A stretch of DNA of 34,382 nucleotides from Patescibacteria group bacterium (GCA_036381535.1 DASVCQ010000150.1:1-34382); one strand, 5' to 3'. Shown: positions 1-8,541, numbered from the stretch's first letter. Notes: generated from the letters alone by a model not told the origin. Numbers and translations: made by a program.

Positions 1-11
1 AAAGGAAAATT

Positions 12-851
12 TTGGATAAAGATAAATTGATCCATCTTACCTATAAAGAATATAGTGGGAAAAATGTACAAAATGTAGACCGTGCAACTATTTTCTTGAC
101 TGGATGGTCTATGAAAGGGAATAGCAGGTCTTTAAGGCATATTGGACGCGAGTTACAAAAATCAGCTCCTGATGAAAAAATTTTTACAATTGCCTGTAGA
201 TCTCTTCGGACGAATGAAAGAATAAGATATGAAGCACACGCGGTAAAAGATTTCGTTAAGAATCAAGGAATAAAAGAGTTAACACTTATTGGATATTCCG
301 AAGGAGCAACGAAGGCTATCTCAACGTCTGCATTGATTGAAGAAGACAAAGACCTAAGGCTTAGGGGATTAATACTTTCATCTCCTCTGGGCTTGTCTTG
401 GACACCTAATATTGTCATAAGACTTATTAATGCAATGGCTTTTGCAATTCCAATTAATACATTGTCTCAAATAAGAAAAAATCCAAAAGAATGGAGAGCC
501 TTTTTTTATGCTTATTCCGCTGGAATGGCTGTTTTCCGTGGTATCTTGGGAGAGGTTTTGAAGCAGGGGATACATTATTTGCCCAATCTTAAAAATGATG
601 TTGATGAAATAAGTGAGAAAAATAAAGATATTTACAAAATTACATCTCCTGTCCTAATTATTGCAGGGGCTAAAGATAGCGTTGTAAAAAAAAGAGAAAT
701 AATAGGAGATATAAATTTAGATGCAAAAATGGGCATTCCAATTAAGGTTTTGGGTGCTGAAAAATTCAGTAGCCATGGACTACCCTTTTTAAGACCAAGG
801 ACATTTATCAGAGCCTCTCTAGGAGAATTGGAAAGAATCAGACAAGCCTAA
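12..851 (+). CDS. alpha/beta-fold serine hydrolase
   Basis: 279-aa ORF with nucleophile elbow GYSEGA (GxSxG) after the beta-strand LTLIGYS and a late SSHG His. TTG start follows AAAGGA. The frame is open to the window edge, so the N-terminus is uncertain. Confidence 0.6.
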   Translation: MDKDKLIHLTYKEYSGKNVQNVDRATIFLTGWSMKGNSRSLRHIGRELQKSAPDEKIFTIACRSLRTNERIRYEAHAVKDFVKNQGIKELTLIGYSEGATKAISTSALIEEDKDLRLRGLILSSPLGLSWTPNIVIRLINAMAFAIPINTLSQIRKNPKEWRAFFYAYSAGMAVFRGILGEVLKQGIHYLPNLKNDVDEISEKNKDIYKITSPVLIIAGAKDSVVKKREIIGDINLDAKMGIPIKVLGAEKFSSHGLPFLRPRTFIRASLGELERIRQA

Positions 852-887
852 TTAAATGATTATTTAAATTTTTACGACTTATTATAT

Positions 888-1694
888 ATGGCGGTGGAGT
901 TAACAAATATTAATGAAAAAGCAGAGTTTCAGGAAAGCCTAAGAAAAAAGTCTATGTCGGGTGAGGATCCAATTGTTCTTCTAGCTAGAAGTGGATTGAG
1001 TATGCCGTCTCATGTAGCAATTATTCCGGATGGAAATGGAAGATGGGCAAAAAAAAATGGACTGCCTATTTTGGAAGGACACAATAAAGGTGCAAAAGTA
1101 TTGGAAAATTTACTTGATGATTTGGAAAATATTCCAGATATAAAGTTAATAACTCTTTGGGCTCTTTCTGTAGACAATTTGGTTAAGCGTTCGGAAATAG
1201 AAGTAAGCAATATTATGTCGCTTGCAGAATCAATGATAGACAGGCTTTTGCCTAGTATTAAAGCAAGAGGAAATAAATTTCTTCACATAGGAGATGTGAC
1301 AAAATTGCCCAAATCCCTTCAGGAAAAATTGATCAATGCGCAAGATGAAACATCCCAAAATAAGGGCAAAACAATAAGGATTGGAATAAATTATCAGGGA
1401 TTCCAAGAAGATGTTGCACTTGTAAATGCGGCAATAGAGCAATTTTCAACATTTGGTAGAAGACCTTCATCTAGAGCGGATATAGAAGATCTTAAAAGAA
1501 TTTCCCAGACCCCACATGCGGATTTTGTTATCAGAACATCTGGTGAGCAAAGATTTTCAGGTTTTGGTGCAATTGCCGAGCAAGCAGAATTTTATGCACC
1601 CTCGACTCTTCTACCTGATATGACTTCACTTGACTGGGCTCTAGCACTATCTGAGTATGGCTTTAGGGATATGAGATTTGGGGGAAGAAAATAA
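888..1694 (+). CDS. uppS: isoprenyl transferase (undecaprenyl-diphosphate synthase family, cis-prenyltransferase)
   Basis: Carries the HVAIIPDGNGRWA and IRTSGEQRFSGF signature motifs. The C-terminal region is divergent. An internal Met at aa 23 is an alternative start. Confidence 0.85.
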   Translation: MAVELTNINEKAEFQESLRKKSMSGEDPIVLLARSGLSMPSHVAIIPDGNGRWAKKNGLPILEGHNKGAKVLENLLDDLENIPDIKLITLWALSVDNLVKRSEIEVSNIMSLAESMIDRLLPSIKARGNKFLHIGDVTKLPKSLQEKLINAQDETSQNKGKTIRIGINYQGFQEDVALVNAAIEQFSTFGRRPSSRADIEDLKRISQTPHADFVIRTSGEQRFSGFGAIAEQAEFYAPSTLLPDMTSLDWALALSEYGFRDMRFGGRK

Positions 1695-1764
1695 ATTTTT
1701 AAATCCGAATGATTTTGGTAAAAGTTACGACTAAAAAATACGGTAATAATTTAAAGCTTAATAT

Positions 1765-2625
1765 ATGAGTTTTGCTAGATTAGAAAATGTACGTTTGGTA
1801 AGTAGGTCACTCATTGGAAATGCTTTGGAAAATACTAAAAGTACTTTTGGAGCATACATTGAGTCAGTTGGGCGTGAGAATCCTACTCAATACAATCCAA
1901 AAGGGGAAGAAATAGCAGCAAATCTTGTTGAATTGACACATAAAGCTCTTCTAGAAAAAGATTCTCAAGATAGTCTGCTTTCAATCCCTTGGAGTACGCG
2001 TCGGGGTTTTAGGGTTGAAAAGGTACACCCTTCTCGTCTTGCGTCATCACTTATTGCCTATGCTGATTCCCAGGGGAAAAAGTTGGCAGATGAATACTTC
2101 CCTACCGCTGAAATTAAAGAATTTTTGAATGAGGTTAAAAATAAAGCACAAGAGAATGAGAAGCCTCTTACAGTACCTGAGCAATTTGAAGTTGCCTTAA
2201 ATTTAACTGATAATAATCCTCTTGCTGCGTCTATACTTGCTCACAGTGCATATAGGGCAATAGCAAGAGTAAAAGATACCAGAATTTCACCTGATTTAGA
2301 ATTTTCTCTAGACGAAATGATGGATATCTCAAGGAGTACTGCAGATTTTTATACAAATGATAGCCCTTCCAGGGACCCACTTGGGGATACTTACCATTGG
2401 TGGGCGTCTCATACTGCAGGACTTGGATTTACTCTTTCAAAAGAAAATTTTCCCAAAACATCCAGAATGTTAACTTGGATGTTTTATAATAGTGCCGCAA
2501 TAACCACATTTGTCAGAAAGACAATACTTCATAAGACCAATCTCGCTAATCATCATAAAGATGTAGATAGACAAGGGTTACAGGTTGGAATAACTTTAGG
2601 GGAATTTTTAAAAAATATAAATTGA
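1765..2625 (+). CDS. hypothetical protein
   Basis: 286-aa ORF with no domain I recognise. Ends in TGA, 1 nt from the convergent methyltransferase stop. Confidence 0.5.
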   Translation: MSFARLENVRLVSRSLIGNALENTKSTFGAYIESVGRENPTQYNPKGEEIAANLVELTHKALLEKDSQDSLLSIPWSTRRGFRVEKVHPSRLASSLIAYADSQGKKLADEYFPTAEIKEFLNEVKNKAQENEKPLTVPEQFEVALNLTDNNPLAASILAHSAYRAIARVKDTRISPDLEFSLDEMMDISRSTADFYTNDSPSRDPLGDTYHWWASHTAGLGFTLSKENFPKTSRMLTWMFYNSAAITTFVRKTILHKTNLANHHKDVDRQGLQVGITLGEFLKNIN

Positions 2626-2626
2626 G

Positions 2627-3664
2627 TTACTTACTCCATCTGGCAAAAATTCCGGTTGAGAGAAGTCTTTTGCTTGTTTTCTCTTCAAGACACAGTTCTC
2701 CAACTTCTATTCTTCCTTTAGGTAAGAAATCTTCCATAACATTTTCAAGCATAAGGGCCGAGGATGAGATTGCATAAGCATTAACAATTACAAAAAGAGG
2801 ATTCTTAGATAAAATTTTTGAGACATTTTCCATTAGTCTAGGAAAATTTTCATTAAATTTCCAAATTTGTCCTGTCGGACCGTGTCCATAGACAGGCGGA
2901 TCCATAATTACTCCGTCATATGTATTTCCACGTTTTATTTCACGCTCCACAAATTTGACAGCATCATCCAAAATCCAACGTATTGGTTTGTCATTAAGTT
3001 TGGAGAGATCTTGATTGTCCCTAGCCCAGGTAATAGAGGGCTTACTTGCATCAACATGTGTTACTTTTGCTCCACTTTCTGCTGCTGCCAAAGACGCAAT
3101 ACCTGTATACCCGAAAAGGTTAAGAACTTGAGGTGTGCTGAGGTCGGAATTAAAATTTTCTTCACTAGGCTGCGCAAAATTATTTTTTACTCCCATTGAA
3201 TTTGCTGGTGCTAACGCTCGTTCGGAAAATTTTATCCCTCCCCGCGTATGAGTTTCCTCTTTATTGTTCGAAACCGAAGGTTGAGAACTTCTCATTTCAT
3301 TCGAAGAATAGCTTTTTATATTCTTTTTGATTTGCTCATCTATAAAATCCCACTGTAGACTTTGTTCTGGAAAAACTCCTGTATGTTTAAAAGAAGTAAG
3401 CCTTGCCCAAAAAGAAAGATTTTTATAACTCATTTTCCATTTTTCAGGAATATGCCTTTTGAATTTCCAAATGCCTTTATCATTTTGTGTCCTTATATAT
3501 CTTACATCTGCATCAAGCCATTCTTTTTCAGAAAGTGAGGGTTTCCAAATTGCCTGAGGGTCAGGGCGCGCAGTAAGGTAAGGTCCGAATTGCTCAAGTC
3601 TCATTCCATTGCCGCTATCGAGAAGTTGGTAATCCTGCCAGCCTTTAGAAATTAATATTTGCAT
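2627..3664 (-). CDS. class I SAM-dependent methyltransferase (rRNA methyltransferase-like) with an internal low-complexity insert
   Basis: SAM-binding LNLFGYTGIASLAAAESGAKVTHVDAS and DPP motif (IMDPPVYG). N-terminal WQDYQLLDSGNGMRLEQFG module. Start moved from the track's TTG (3679) to ATG 3664, because the first five track codons read as TG-TATAAT-N6. Confidence 0.7.
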   Translation of the reverse strand: MQILISKGWQDYQLLDSGNGMRLEQFGPYLTARPDPQAIWKPSLSEKEWLDADVRYIRTQNDKGIWKFKRHIPEKWKMSYKNLSFWARLTSFKHTGVFPEQSLQWDFIDEQIKKNIKSYSSNEMRSSQPSVSNNKEETHTRGGIKFSERALAPANSMGVKNNFAQPSEENFNSDLSTPQVLNLFGYTGIASLAAAESGAKVTHVDASKPSITWARDNQDLSKLNDKPIRWILDDAVKFVEREIKRGNTYDGVIMDPPVYGHGPTGQIWKFNENFPRLMENVSKILSKNPLFVIVNAYAISSSALMLENVMEDFLPKGRIEVGELCLEEKTSKRLLSTGIFARWSK

Positions 3665-3678
3665 AATAGTATTATACA
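3665..3678 (-). promoter_or_regulatory. TG-TATAAT -10 element, 6 nt before ATG 3664 (leaderless-type)
   Basis: Minus strand reads TTGTATAAT-actatt-ATG. Confidence 0.5.
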
Positions 3679-3768
3679 AAAAAATAACGTTAGTCTCTAT
3701 TCTACTATTACCTTTTTATTTCAAAATATATCAAAGTATAGAAATTTTAAAAAAAGTAAAAAAGGGTG

Positions 3769-3797
3769 TTGACGAAAAAAAATAAATGTTGTATCAT
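3769..3797 (+). promoter_or_regulatory. sigma70-like promoter of tuf
   Basis: TTGACG (3769-3774), 17-nt spacer, TATCAT (3792-3797). Confidence 0.55.
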
Positions 3798-3837
3798 GTT
3801 TACAGACTCAAAAAAACGAGTCTTTCTTTTTAACTAT

Positions 3838-5016
3838 ATGGCAACATACCAAAGAACCAAACCACATGTAAATATCGGAACCATCGGTCACGTCGATCAT
3901 GGTAAGACAACAACAACAGCAGCTATTACCACAGTTCTCGCTAAGAAGGGAATGGCAGAAGCAAAGAAATACGAAGATATCGATAACGCACCAGAAGAAA
4001 GAGCTCGAGGAGTCACCATTAATATCTCCCATCAAGAATACGAAACAGCAAAAAGACACTATGCACACATTGATGCTCCAGGTCACGCAGATTACATCAA
4101 GAATATGATTACAGGAGCAGCTCAAATGGATGGAGCTATCCTCGTTGTTAGTGCACCAGATGGTCCAATGCCTCAGACAAGAGAACATATTCTTCTTGCA
4201 AGACAGGTTGGAGTTCCAGCAATTGTTGTTTACATGAATAAATGTGATATGGTACAAGATCCAGAGCTTCTTGATCTTGTTGAAATGGAAGTTAGAGAGC
4301 TTCTTACAAAATACCAATACCCAGGTGATGATGTACCTGTTATTCGAGGTTCTTCTCTTAAAGCACTTGAAGGTGATCCAGAAGCAGAACAAAAGATTTT
4401 GGATCTCATGGATGCAGTAGACAGTTATATTCCAGATCCAGTCAGAGCACTCGACAAGCCATTCCTTATGCCTGTTGAGGATGTTTTCTCAATTAAAGGA
4501 CGAGGAACAGTTGTTACCGGAAGAATTGAAAGAGGAGTTGTAAAAGTTAATGAGCCTGTTGAAATCGTTGGAATGAAGCCTACAGCACAATCTGTTGTAA
4601 CTGGAGTTGAGATGTTTAGAAAGCAACTTGATGAAGGACAAGCAGGAGACAATGTAGGACTTCTTCTTCGAGGAGTTGAAAAGGATGATGTAGAGCGTGG
4701 TCAAGTTGTTGCAAAGCCAGGAAGTATTACTCCTCATACACAATTTGAAGCAGAAGTTTATGTACTTGCAAAAGAAGAAGGTGGACGCCACACACCATTC
4801 TTTAAAGGTTACAGACCACAATTCTATATCCGAACAACAGATGTTACAGGAAATGTTACACTTCCAGATGGTGTAGAAATGGTTATGCCTGGAGATAATA
4901 CAAAGATGACTGTTGAGCTTATTGTTCCTGTTGCTATGGAAGATGGAATGAGATTTGCTATCCGAGAAGGAGGCAAGACTGTTGGAGCAGGAGTTGTTTC
5001 AAAGATTATTAAATAA
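3838..5016 (+). CDS. tuf: elongation factor Tu
   Basis: [19 protein letters not shown]-loop, DAPGH and NKCD motifs, full-length EF-Tu. Start set at ATG 3838 ([10 protein letters not shown]), because the track's GTG 3766 extension overlaps the promoter. Confidence 0.97.
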   Translation: MATYQRTKPHVNIGTIGHVDHGKTTTTAAITTVLAKKGMAEAKKYEDIDNAPEERARGVTINISHQEYETAKRHYAHIDAPGHADYIKNMITGAAQMDGAILVVSAPDGPMPQTREHILLARQVGVPAIVVYMNKCDMVQDPELLDLVEMEVRELLTKYQYPGDDVPVIRGSSLKALEGDPEAEQKILDLMDAVDSYIPDPVRALDKPFLMPVEDVFSIKGRGTVVTGRIERGVVKVNEPVEIVGMKPTAQSVVTGVEMFRKQLDEGQAGDNVGLLLRGVEKDDVERGQVVAKPGSITPHTQFEAEVYVLAKEEGGRHTPFFKGYRPQFYIRTTDVTGNVTLPDGVEMVMPGDNTKMTVELIVPVAMEDGMRFAIREGGKTVGAGVVSKIIK

Positions 5017-5025
5017 TAAATTGTC

Positions 5026-5047
5026 ATCCTGAGCGAAGTCGAAGGAT
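5026..5047 (+). repeat. small hairpin motif with GAGCGAAGTCGA core, copy 1
   Basis: ATCCT-GAGCGAAGTCGA-AGGAT, 10 nt after the tuf stop. Confidence 0.6.
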
Positions 5048-5059
5048 TTCACTAATTAT

Positions 5060-5080
5060 CCGCCACTAGGCGGTTTTTTT
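5060..5080 (+). terminator. intrinsic terminator after tuf
   Basis: CCGCC-acta-GGCGG followed by T7. Confidence 0.75.
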
Positions 5081-5122
5081 GTGGATAATGACGTAATCGC
5101 ACCTGATTTGCAAAACTTTTTT

Positions 5123-5142
5123 CCCTGAGCGTAGTCGAAGGG
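5123..5142 (+). repeat. small hairpin motif with GAGCGTAGTCGA core, copy 2
   Basis: CCCT-GAGCGTAGTCGA-AGGG. One core mismatch and an altered but still complementary stem. Confidence 0.55.
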
Positions 5143-5194
5143 TGTATTGTAGCAACTTTAATGCTCTAACAAATTTTATAACGAGCTTGTCTAA

Positions 5195-5329
5195 CTGCTC
5201 AGCAATAAATTTCTTTGGAAACTCCTGCTAGGAAGACGTGATATTGTTAGATTGATTGAAAATGACGGTAAAAAATTAGTTTTGATAGGATTTATTAATG
5301 ATGCAAATGCAAAGGCTAAAAGAAGATAA
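5195..5329 (+). pseudogene. possible gene remnant (start-less 44-codon frame, vaguely RelE/Gp49-like C-terminus)
   Basis: Frame LLSNKFLWKLLLGRRDIVRLIENDGKKLVLIGFINDANAKAKRR* has no ATG/GTG/TTG start. It lies in an otherwise unexplained 290-nt spacer. Confidence 0.2.
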
Positions 5330-5352
5330 TATTTATTGTATACCAAAACTTC

Positions 5353-5367
5353 TGATATACTACCTCT
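5353..5367 (+). promoter_or_regulatory. extended -10 promoter, leaderless-type
   Basis: TGaTATACT-acctct-GTG(5368). Confidence 0.5.
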
Positions 5368-5784
5368 GTGAAGACTATTTTACCCTCAACAAAAATTTAT
5401 CTTTCAAAATCAACTATTCCCAATGCGGGGCGTGGAGTATTTGCAAATCAAGATATAAAAGCAGGTCAGGTAATTGAGATATGCCCTGTTATTGAATTTC
5501 CCAAGAAAGACTTAGAGCATCTAAGACAGACAATTCTTAGAAATTATTATTTCCAATGGGGAAAAGGCAATGAGACTGTTGCAGCATGTCTTGGATTTGG
5601 GTCTTTATACAACCATTCCTACGAGCCAAATGCTACATATATGAAGCACTGGGAGAATGCAACAATCCACTTTAATGCAATTAAAGACATTGCAAAAGAT
5701 GAGGAAATAACGGTTAATTACAACCATGGCGACCCAAATGATAAATCTCCTCTTTGGATAGAAGATATCCCCAAGTCTGAATAA
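5368..5784 (+). CDS. SET-domain protein (putative protein-lysine N-methyltransferase)
   Basis: 138 aa. Has GRGVFA, NHSYEPNA (the NHSCxPN-type motif) and EEITVNY (the ELxxDY-type motif). GTG start. Confidence 0.8.
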   Translation: MKTILPSTKIYLSKSTIPNAGRGVFANQDIKAGQVIEICPVIEFPKKDLEHLRQTILRNYYFQWGKGNETVAACLGFGSLYNHSYEPNATYMKHWENATIHFNAIKDIAKDEEITVNYNHGDPNDKSPLWIEDIPKSE

Positions 5785-5793
5785 AGCTTTATT

Positions 5794-5813
5794 GTTCGAG
5801 CGAAGTCGAGAAC
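5794..5813 (+). repeat. small hairpin motif with GAGCGAAGTCGA core, copy 3
   Basis: GTTC-GAGCGAAGTCGA-GAAC, 10 nt after the SET gene stop. Confidence 0.55.
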
Positions 5814-5888
5814 TTCCGTCTTCGTGCAAACTCTTCGATTGGTACTTATAACTCACTTAAAAATGAAATCATGGTTACAATTTAACTC

Positions 5889-5903
5889 TGCTATAATCCA
5901 ACT
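5889..5903 (+). promoter_or_regulatory. extended -10 promoter, leaderless-type
   Basis: TGcTATAAT-ccaact-ATG(5904). Confidence 0.55.
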
Positions 5904-6497
5904 ATGGTTAAGGCTGTTATTTTTGATGTTGACGGTGTGATTATTGATATCTCAATTGAGAAGGCGCAGGAGCAACTTGAGAGAGATTATGGTATATCCC
6001 CCAGTCAGACAGAATCTTTTTTCAAAAATGAATTTCTATCTTGTCTTAGAGGTGAGAAAGACTTAAAAGAAGAAATTGCGCCGTATCTTAGGAAATGGAA
6101 ATGGAACGACAGTGTGAATGCATTTTTGGACTATTGGTTTGAGAGCCAAAAAGAAGTAGATGAAAGACTTATAGAAGAGATTAAAGATCTTAAGAAACAA
6201 AAAATAAAGGTTTGTATAGCAACCAATCAGGAAAAATATCGTGCAGAGTATCTACTGAATAGACTGGGTTTTAAAAATATTTTTGATGATATTTTTGTTT
6301 CATCAACAATAGGATTTACCAAGAAAAATCCTGAATTTTTTAAGCTTGTTTTGCAAAAGATAGACCTAAAGCCAAATGAAGTCATTTTTTGGGACGATCA
6401 TATGAGTTATGTACAGTCAGCAGAAAGTCTAGGAATCAACGCCCATTTTTATGCTAATTTTGACCAATACAAAAAAATAATGGATTCTTTGATATAA
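5904..6497 (+). CDS. HAD-superfamily hydrolase (subfamily IA-like)
   Basis: N-terminal IFDVDGV (DxDG nucleophile motif), ATNQ, and WDD near the C-terminus. Confidence 0.8.
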   Translation: MVKAVIFDVDGVIIDISIEKAQEQLERDYGISPSQTESFFKNEFLSCLRGEKDLKEEIAPYLRKWKWNDSVNAFLDYWFESQKEVDERLIEEIKDLKKQKIKVCIATNQEKYRAEYLLNRLGFKNIFDDIFVSSTIGFTKKNPEFFKLVLQKIDLKPNEVIFWDDHMSYVQSAESLGINAHFYANFDQYKKIMDSLI

Positions 6498-6504
6498 TTT
6501 TTTT
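6490..6504 (+). promoter_or_regulatory. extended -10 promoter overlapping the HAD stop codon, leaderless-type
   Basis: TGaTATAAT-tttttt-ATG(6505). Confidence 0.5.
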
Positions 6505-6987
6505 ATGGATATTAGGCGCGCAACAATTGAGGACAAAGAAGAGATAGTTAGACTTATGGATGAGTTTAACAATTACTATTATGAAGAAAATATTTTTAGC
6601 GAGGATTTTATTCCTTTTTGGGAGTACAAAGATAAAATGGCAACTTTTGAAGAGGCAGCAGATGAATGGCTTTCTCATTCAAAATTTATTATGTATGCAG
6701 CCTTTGAAAATGGAAAAATGGTTGGCTACATTTGCGGTGAGGTTAAAGATAGAAAAGTTAGGGTAATGGATAAGGAAGGATATATCAATGATTGGTTTGT
6801 CTCGAAAAATTTTAGAAATAAAGGAGTGGGAATGGCCTTATATAAAAGACTGGTTGAGGATTTTAAAAATGCAGGATGTAATAGATTGGGACTTTTGAGT
6901 AATGTAAATAACAAAAATACAATTGCCTTTTATCACAAATTAGGATTTATAGATGATTCTGTAAATATGGTAAAGAAAATAGACTAA
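6505..6987 (+). CDS. GNAT-family N-acetyltransferase
   Basis: 160 aa. Acetyl-CoA motif-A-like FRNKGVGMALYKRL, followed by N..AFYHKLGF. Confidence 0.85.
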   Translation: MDIRRATIEDKEEIVRLMDEFNNYYYEENIFSEDFIPFWEYKDKMATFEEAADEWLSHSKFIMYAAFENGKMVGYICGEVKDRKVRVMDKEGYINDWFVSKNFRNKGVGMALYKRLVEDFKNAGCNRLGLLSNVNNKNTIAFYHKLGFIDDSVNMVKKID

Positions 6988-7005
6988 GGTATTTGTGATA
7001 GTATG

Positions 7006-7034
7006 TTTACAATCTGAATTCAGTTTGATATAAT
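7006..7034 (+). promoter_or_regulatory. promoter of rpsJ
   Basis: TTTACA-17-TATAAT with TGa (7026-7028). The 10-bp palindrome CTGAATTCAG (7014-7023) lies in the spacer. Confidence 0.55.
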
Positions 7035-7064
7035 AACTATCACTATTAGTTCTTTAACAGACTT

Positions 7065-7373
7065 ATGCCAAAAGGAAGAATCAGAGTTAGATTAAAATCA
7101 TACGATGCACGTGTCATTGACGCGACCTGTCAGCAGATCTTGGATACTGCAATTAGGACGGGTGCTAAAGTCGTTGGTCCAGTACCACTTCCTACAGACA
7201 GGTCTGTATATGCAGTAAATAAAGGCCCCTTCATAGATAAGAATGCCAGAGACCACTTCGAAATAAGAATCCACAAAAGACTTATTGATATAGTATCTCC
7301 AACAGAAAAAACAATTGATTCCCTAACACATCTTGAACTCCCAGCAGGAGTTGATGTAGAAATTAAAATGTAA
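7065..7373 (+). CDS. rpsJ: 30S ribosomal protein S10
   Basis: RIRVRLKSYD...IRIHKRLIDI signature, 102 aa. Confidence 0.96.
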   Translation: MPKGRIRVRLKSYDARVIDATCQQILDTAIRTGAKVVGPVPLPTDRSVYAVNKGPFIDKNARDHFEIRIHKRLIDIVSPTEKTIDSLTHLELPAGVDVEIKM

Positions 7374-7410
7374 AAATAAGTCAAAAGGCAAAATGCAAAA
7401 GTCAAAATAT
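7374..7410 (+). repeat. A-rich intergenic repeat, half element (unit GTCAAAAGGCAAAATGCAAAAGTCAAAAT)
   Basis: taaAAATAAGTCAAAAGGCAAAATGCAAAAGTCAAAAT directly after the rpsJ stop. Near-identical to 12042-12078. Confidence 0.8.
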
Positions 7411-7412
7411 AC

Positions 7413-7432
7413 CCGCCACCAGGCGGTTTTTT
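7413..7432 (+). terminator. intrinsic terminator after rpsJ
   Basis: CCGCC-acca-GGCGG followed by T6. Nearly identical to the tuf terminator. Confidence 0.75.
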
Positions 7433-7467
7433 AATGCTTGTTTGTAAACTCTGATTTGTCCAAATGC

Positions 7468-7482
7468 TGCTATAATCATTTT
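7468..7482 (+). promoter_or_regulatory. extended -10 promoter, leaderless-type
   Basis: TGcTATAAT-catttt-ATG(7483). Confidence 0.55.
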
Positions 7483-8130
7483 ATGAATAATCCAACTACT
7501 TTTTATATTGTTAGGCACGGCGAATCAGAGGCAAATGTAGGTTTTAGAGACGGGACTATAAAAACATATTCAGGAAGTTTAGCTCATGGGACAGATCTAA
7601 CGGAAAAAGGTATTTCTCAGGCAAAAGAGCGGGCTAAAGACTTACAAAATATCAAATTTGACGCTGCATTTTCTTCTGATTTTACTCGGGCAAAAAGGAC
7701 AGCTGAGATTATTGCAAAAGAGCATGAGCTTGTTGTTGAGTCACTTAAGATTCTTCGCGAGAGATTTTGGGGAAGTCTTGAAGGATGGCCGATTGAAAAA
7801 ATTGATTCAGAGATGAAAAGGCTTCAAGAAGGGCTTAACGCACAGCAGAAAATGAAATTTAAATTAGTTGAGGACGCAGAAAGTAATGAAGAGGCAGCAG
7901 TTAGAATGGTGCAATTTGTTAGGGAAATGGCACTTGCCTATCCTGATAAGACAGTACTGGTGGTAAGTCACGGGGATATTATGAGAAGATTTCTGACCAA
8001 AATTGGTTATGTGGAATATGAAGAATTGCCCGCTCATTCGGTAAAAAATACAGCCTATTTTGTCCTAAAATCTGATGGAATTGAGTTTGAAGTAATTAAG
8101 ACAGAGGGTATAGAGAAAAAGACTAGTTAG
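7483..8130 (+). CDS. histidine phosphatase family protein (phosphoglycerate mutase-like)
   Basis: FYIVRHGESEAN (RHG motif), SSDFTRAKRTAE and VVSHGD. Start set at ATG 7483 rather than TTG 7438. Confidence 0.8.
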   Translation: MNNPTTFYIVRHGESEANVGFRDGTIKTYSGSLAHGTDLTEKGISQAKERAKDLQNIKFDAAFSSDFTRAKRTAEIIAKEHELVVESLKILRERFWGSLEGWPIEKIDSEMKRLQEGLNAQQKMKFKLVEDAESNEEAAVRMVQFVREMALAYPDKTVLVVSHGDIMRRFLTKIGYVEYEELPAHSVKNTAYFVLKSDGIEFEVIKTEGIEKKTS

Positions 8131-8470
8131 GGTTTCTTATAGGAGGATTTTCTTGGTTTCTTTGTTTTCTCGCATCTCTTCGGTCAAGATAGAAAATTCC
8201 GCCGGCAATAGAAGTGACTATTCCAATAGAGGCAACAACAATTGCAGGGATAGCGTCTACTGTTTGCTTCACAATCTCTGCTTTTTGCTCGGGAGATAAT
8301 GCAAGAATGCCCCCTACTAAAACTGCTCCAGTCGCTGCTATCATAGCACCCACAACGCCAAGTAATGCAATTGCTGGTATTTTTGTTGCATTAGTAATCC
8401 ATTTTTCATCTTCTGTTAACTGCTCAGGCGGTCTATTTGTATTATCTGGTTCAATTCCCATAGGAGGCAT
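8123..8470 (-). CDS. small membrane protein, hypothetical
   Basis: 115 aa with two hydrophobic G/A-rich helices and charged termini. Its 3' end overlaps the convergent phosphatase gene by 8 nt. The antisense ORF 8214-8588 is the alternative reading. Confidence 0.5.
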   Translation of the reverse strand: MPPMGIEPDNTNRPPEQLTEDEKWITNATKIPAIALLGVVGAMIAATGAVLVGGILALSPEQKAEIVKQTVDAIPAIVVASIGIVTSIAGGIFYLDRRDARKQRNQENPPIRNPN

Positions 8471-8512
8471 TTTAACATGTTTGGTATGTTATATCAATTT
8501 TATCCCCGCCTC

Positions 8513-8541
8513 TTGCGGTAACCGTATGTTTTTGGTACAAT
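8513..8541 (+). promoter_or_regulatory. candidate promoter of the rplC operon
   Basis: TTGCGG-17-TACAAT with TGg (8533-8535). Confidence 0.4.

Noticed and set aside
869-886. Resemblance of TTTTACGACTTATTATAT to the T7 promoter TAATACGACTCACTATAG
   Set aside because: The match is partial and in AT-rich DNA. No phage-type RNA polymerase is present in the window, and the other TTACGACT copies lack the downstream similarity. I kept only the octamer recurrence, as a low-interest finding.
3766-3837. N-terminal 24-codon extension of the tuf ORF from GTG 3766
   Set aside because: The extension overlaps the TTGACG-17-TATCAT promoter and is not EF-Tu-like. Canonical EF-Tu begins at ATG 3838 ([25 protein letters not shown]).
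3808-5027. Antisense and alternate-frame ORFs inside tuf (3808-4392, 4425-4652, 4489-4821, 4824-5027). Similar shadows exist in secY (18476-18712, 18804-19199), rplB (10989-11468) and rpsE (17166-17558).
   Set aside because: These are shadow ORFs within strongly supported conserved genes. Their composition is low-complexity or Cys/Phe-rich, as is typical of antisense frames.
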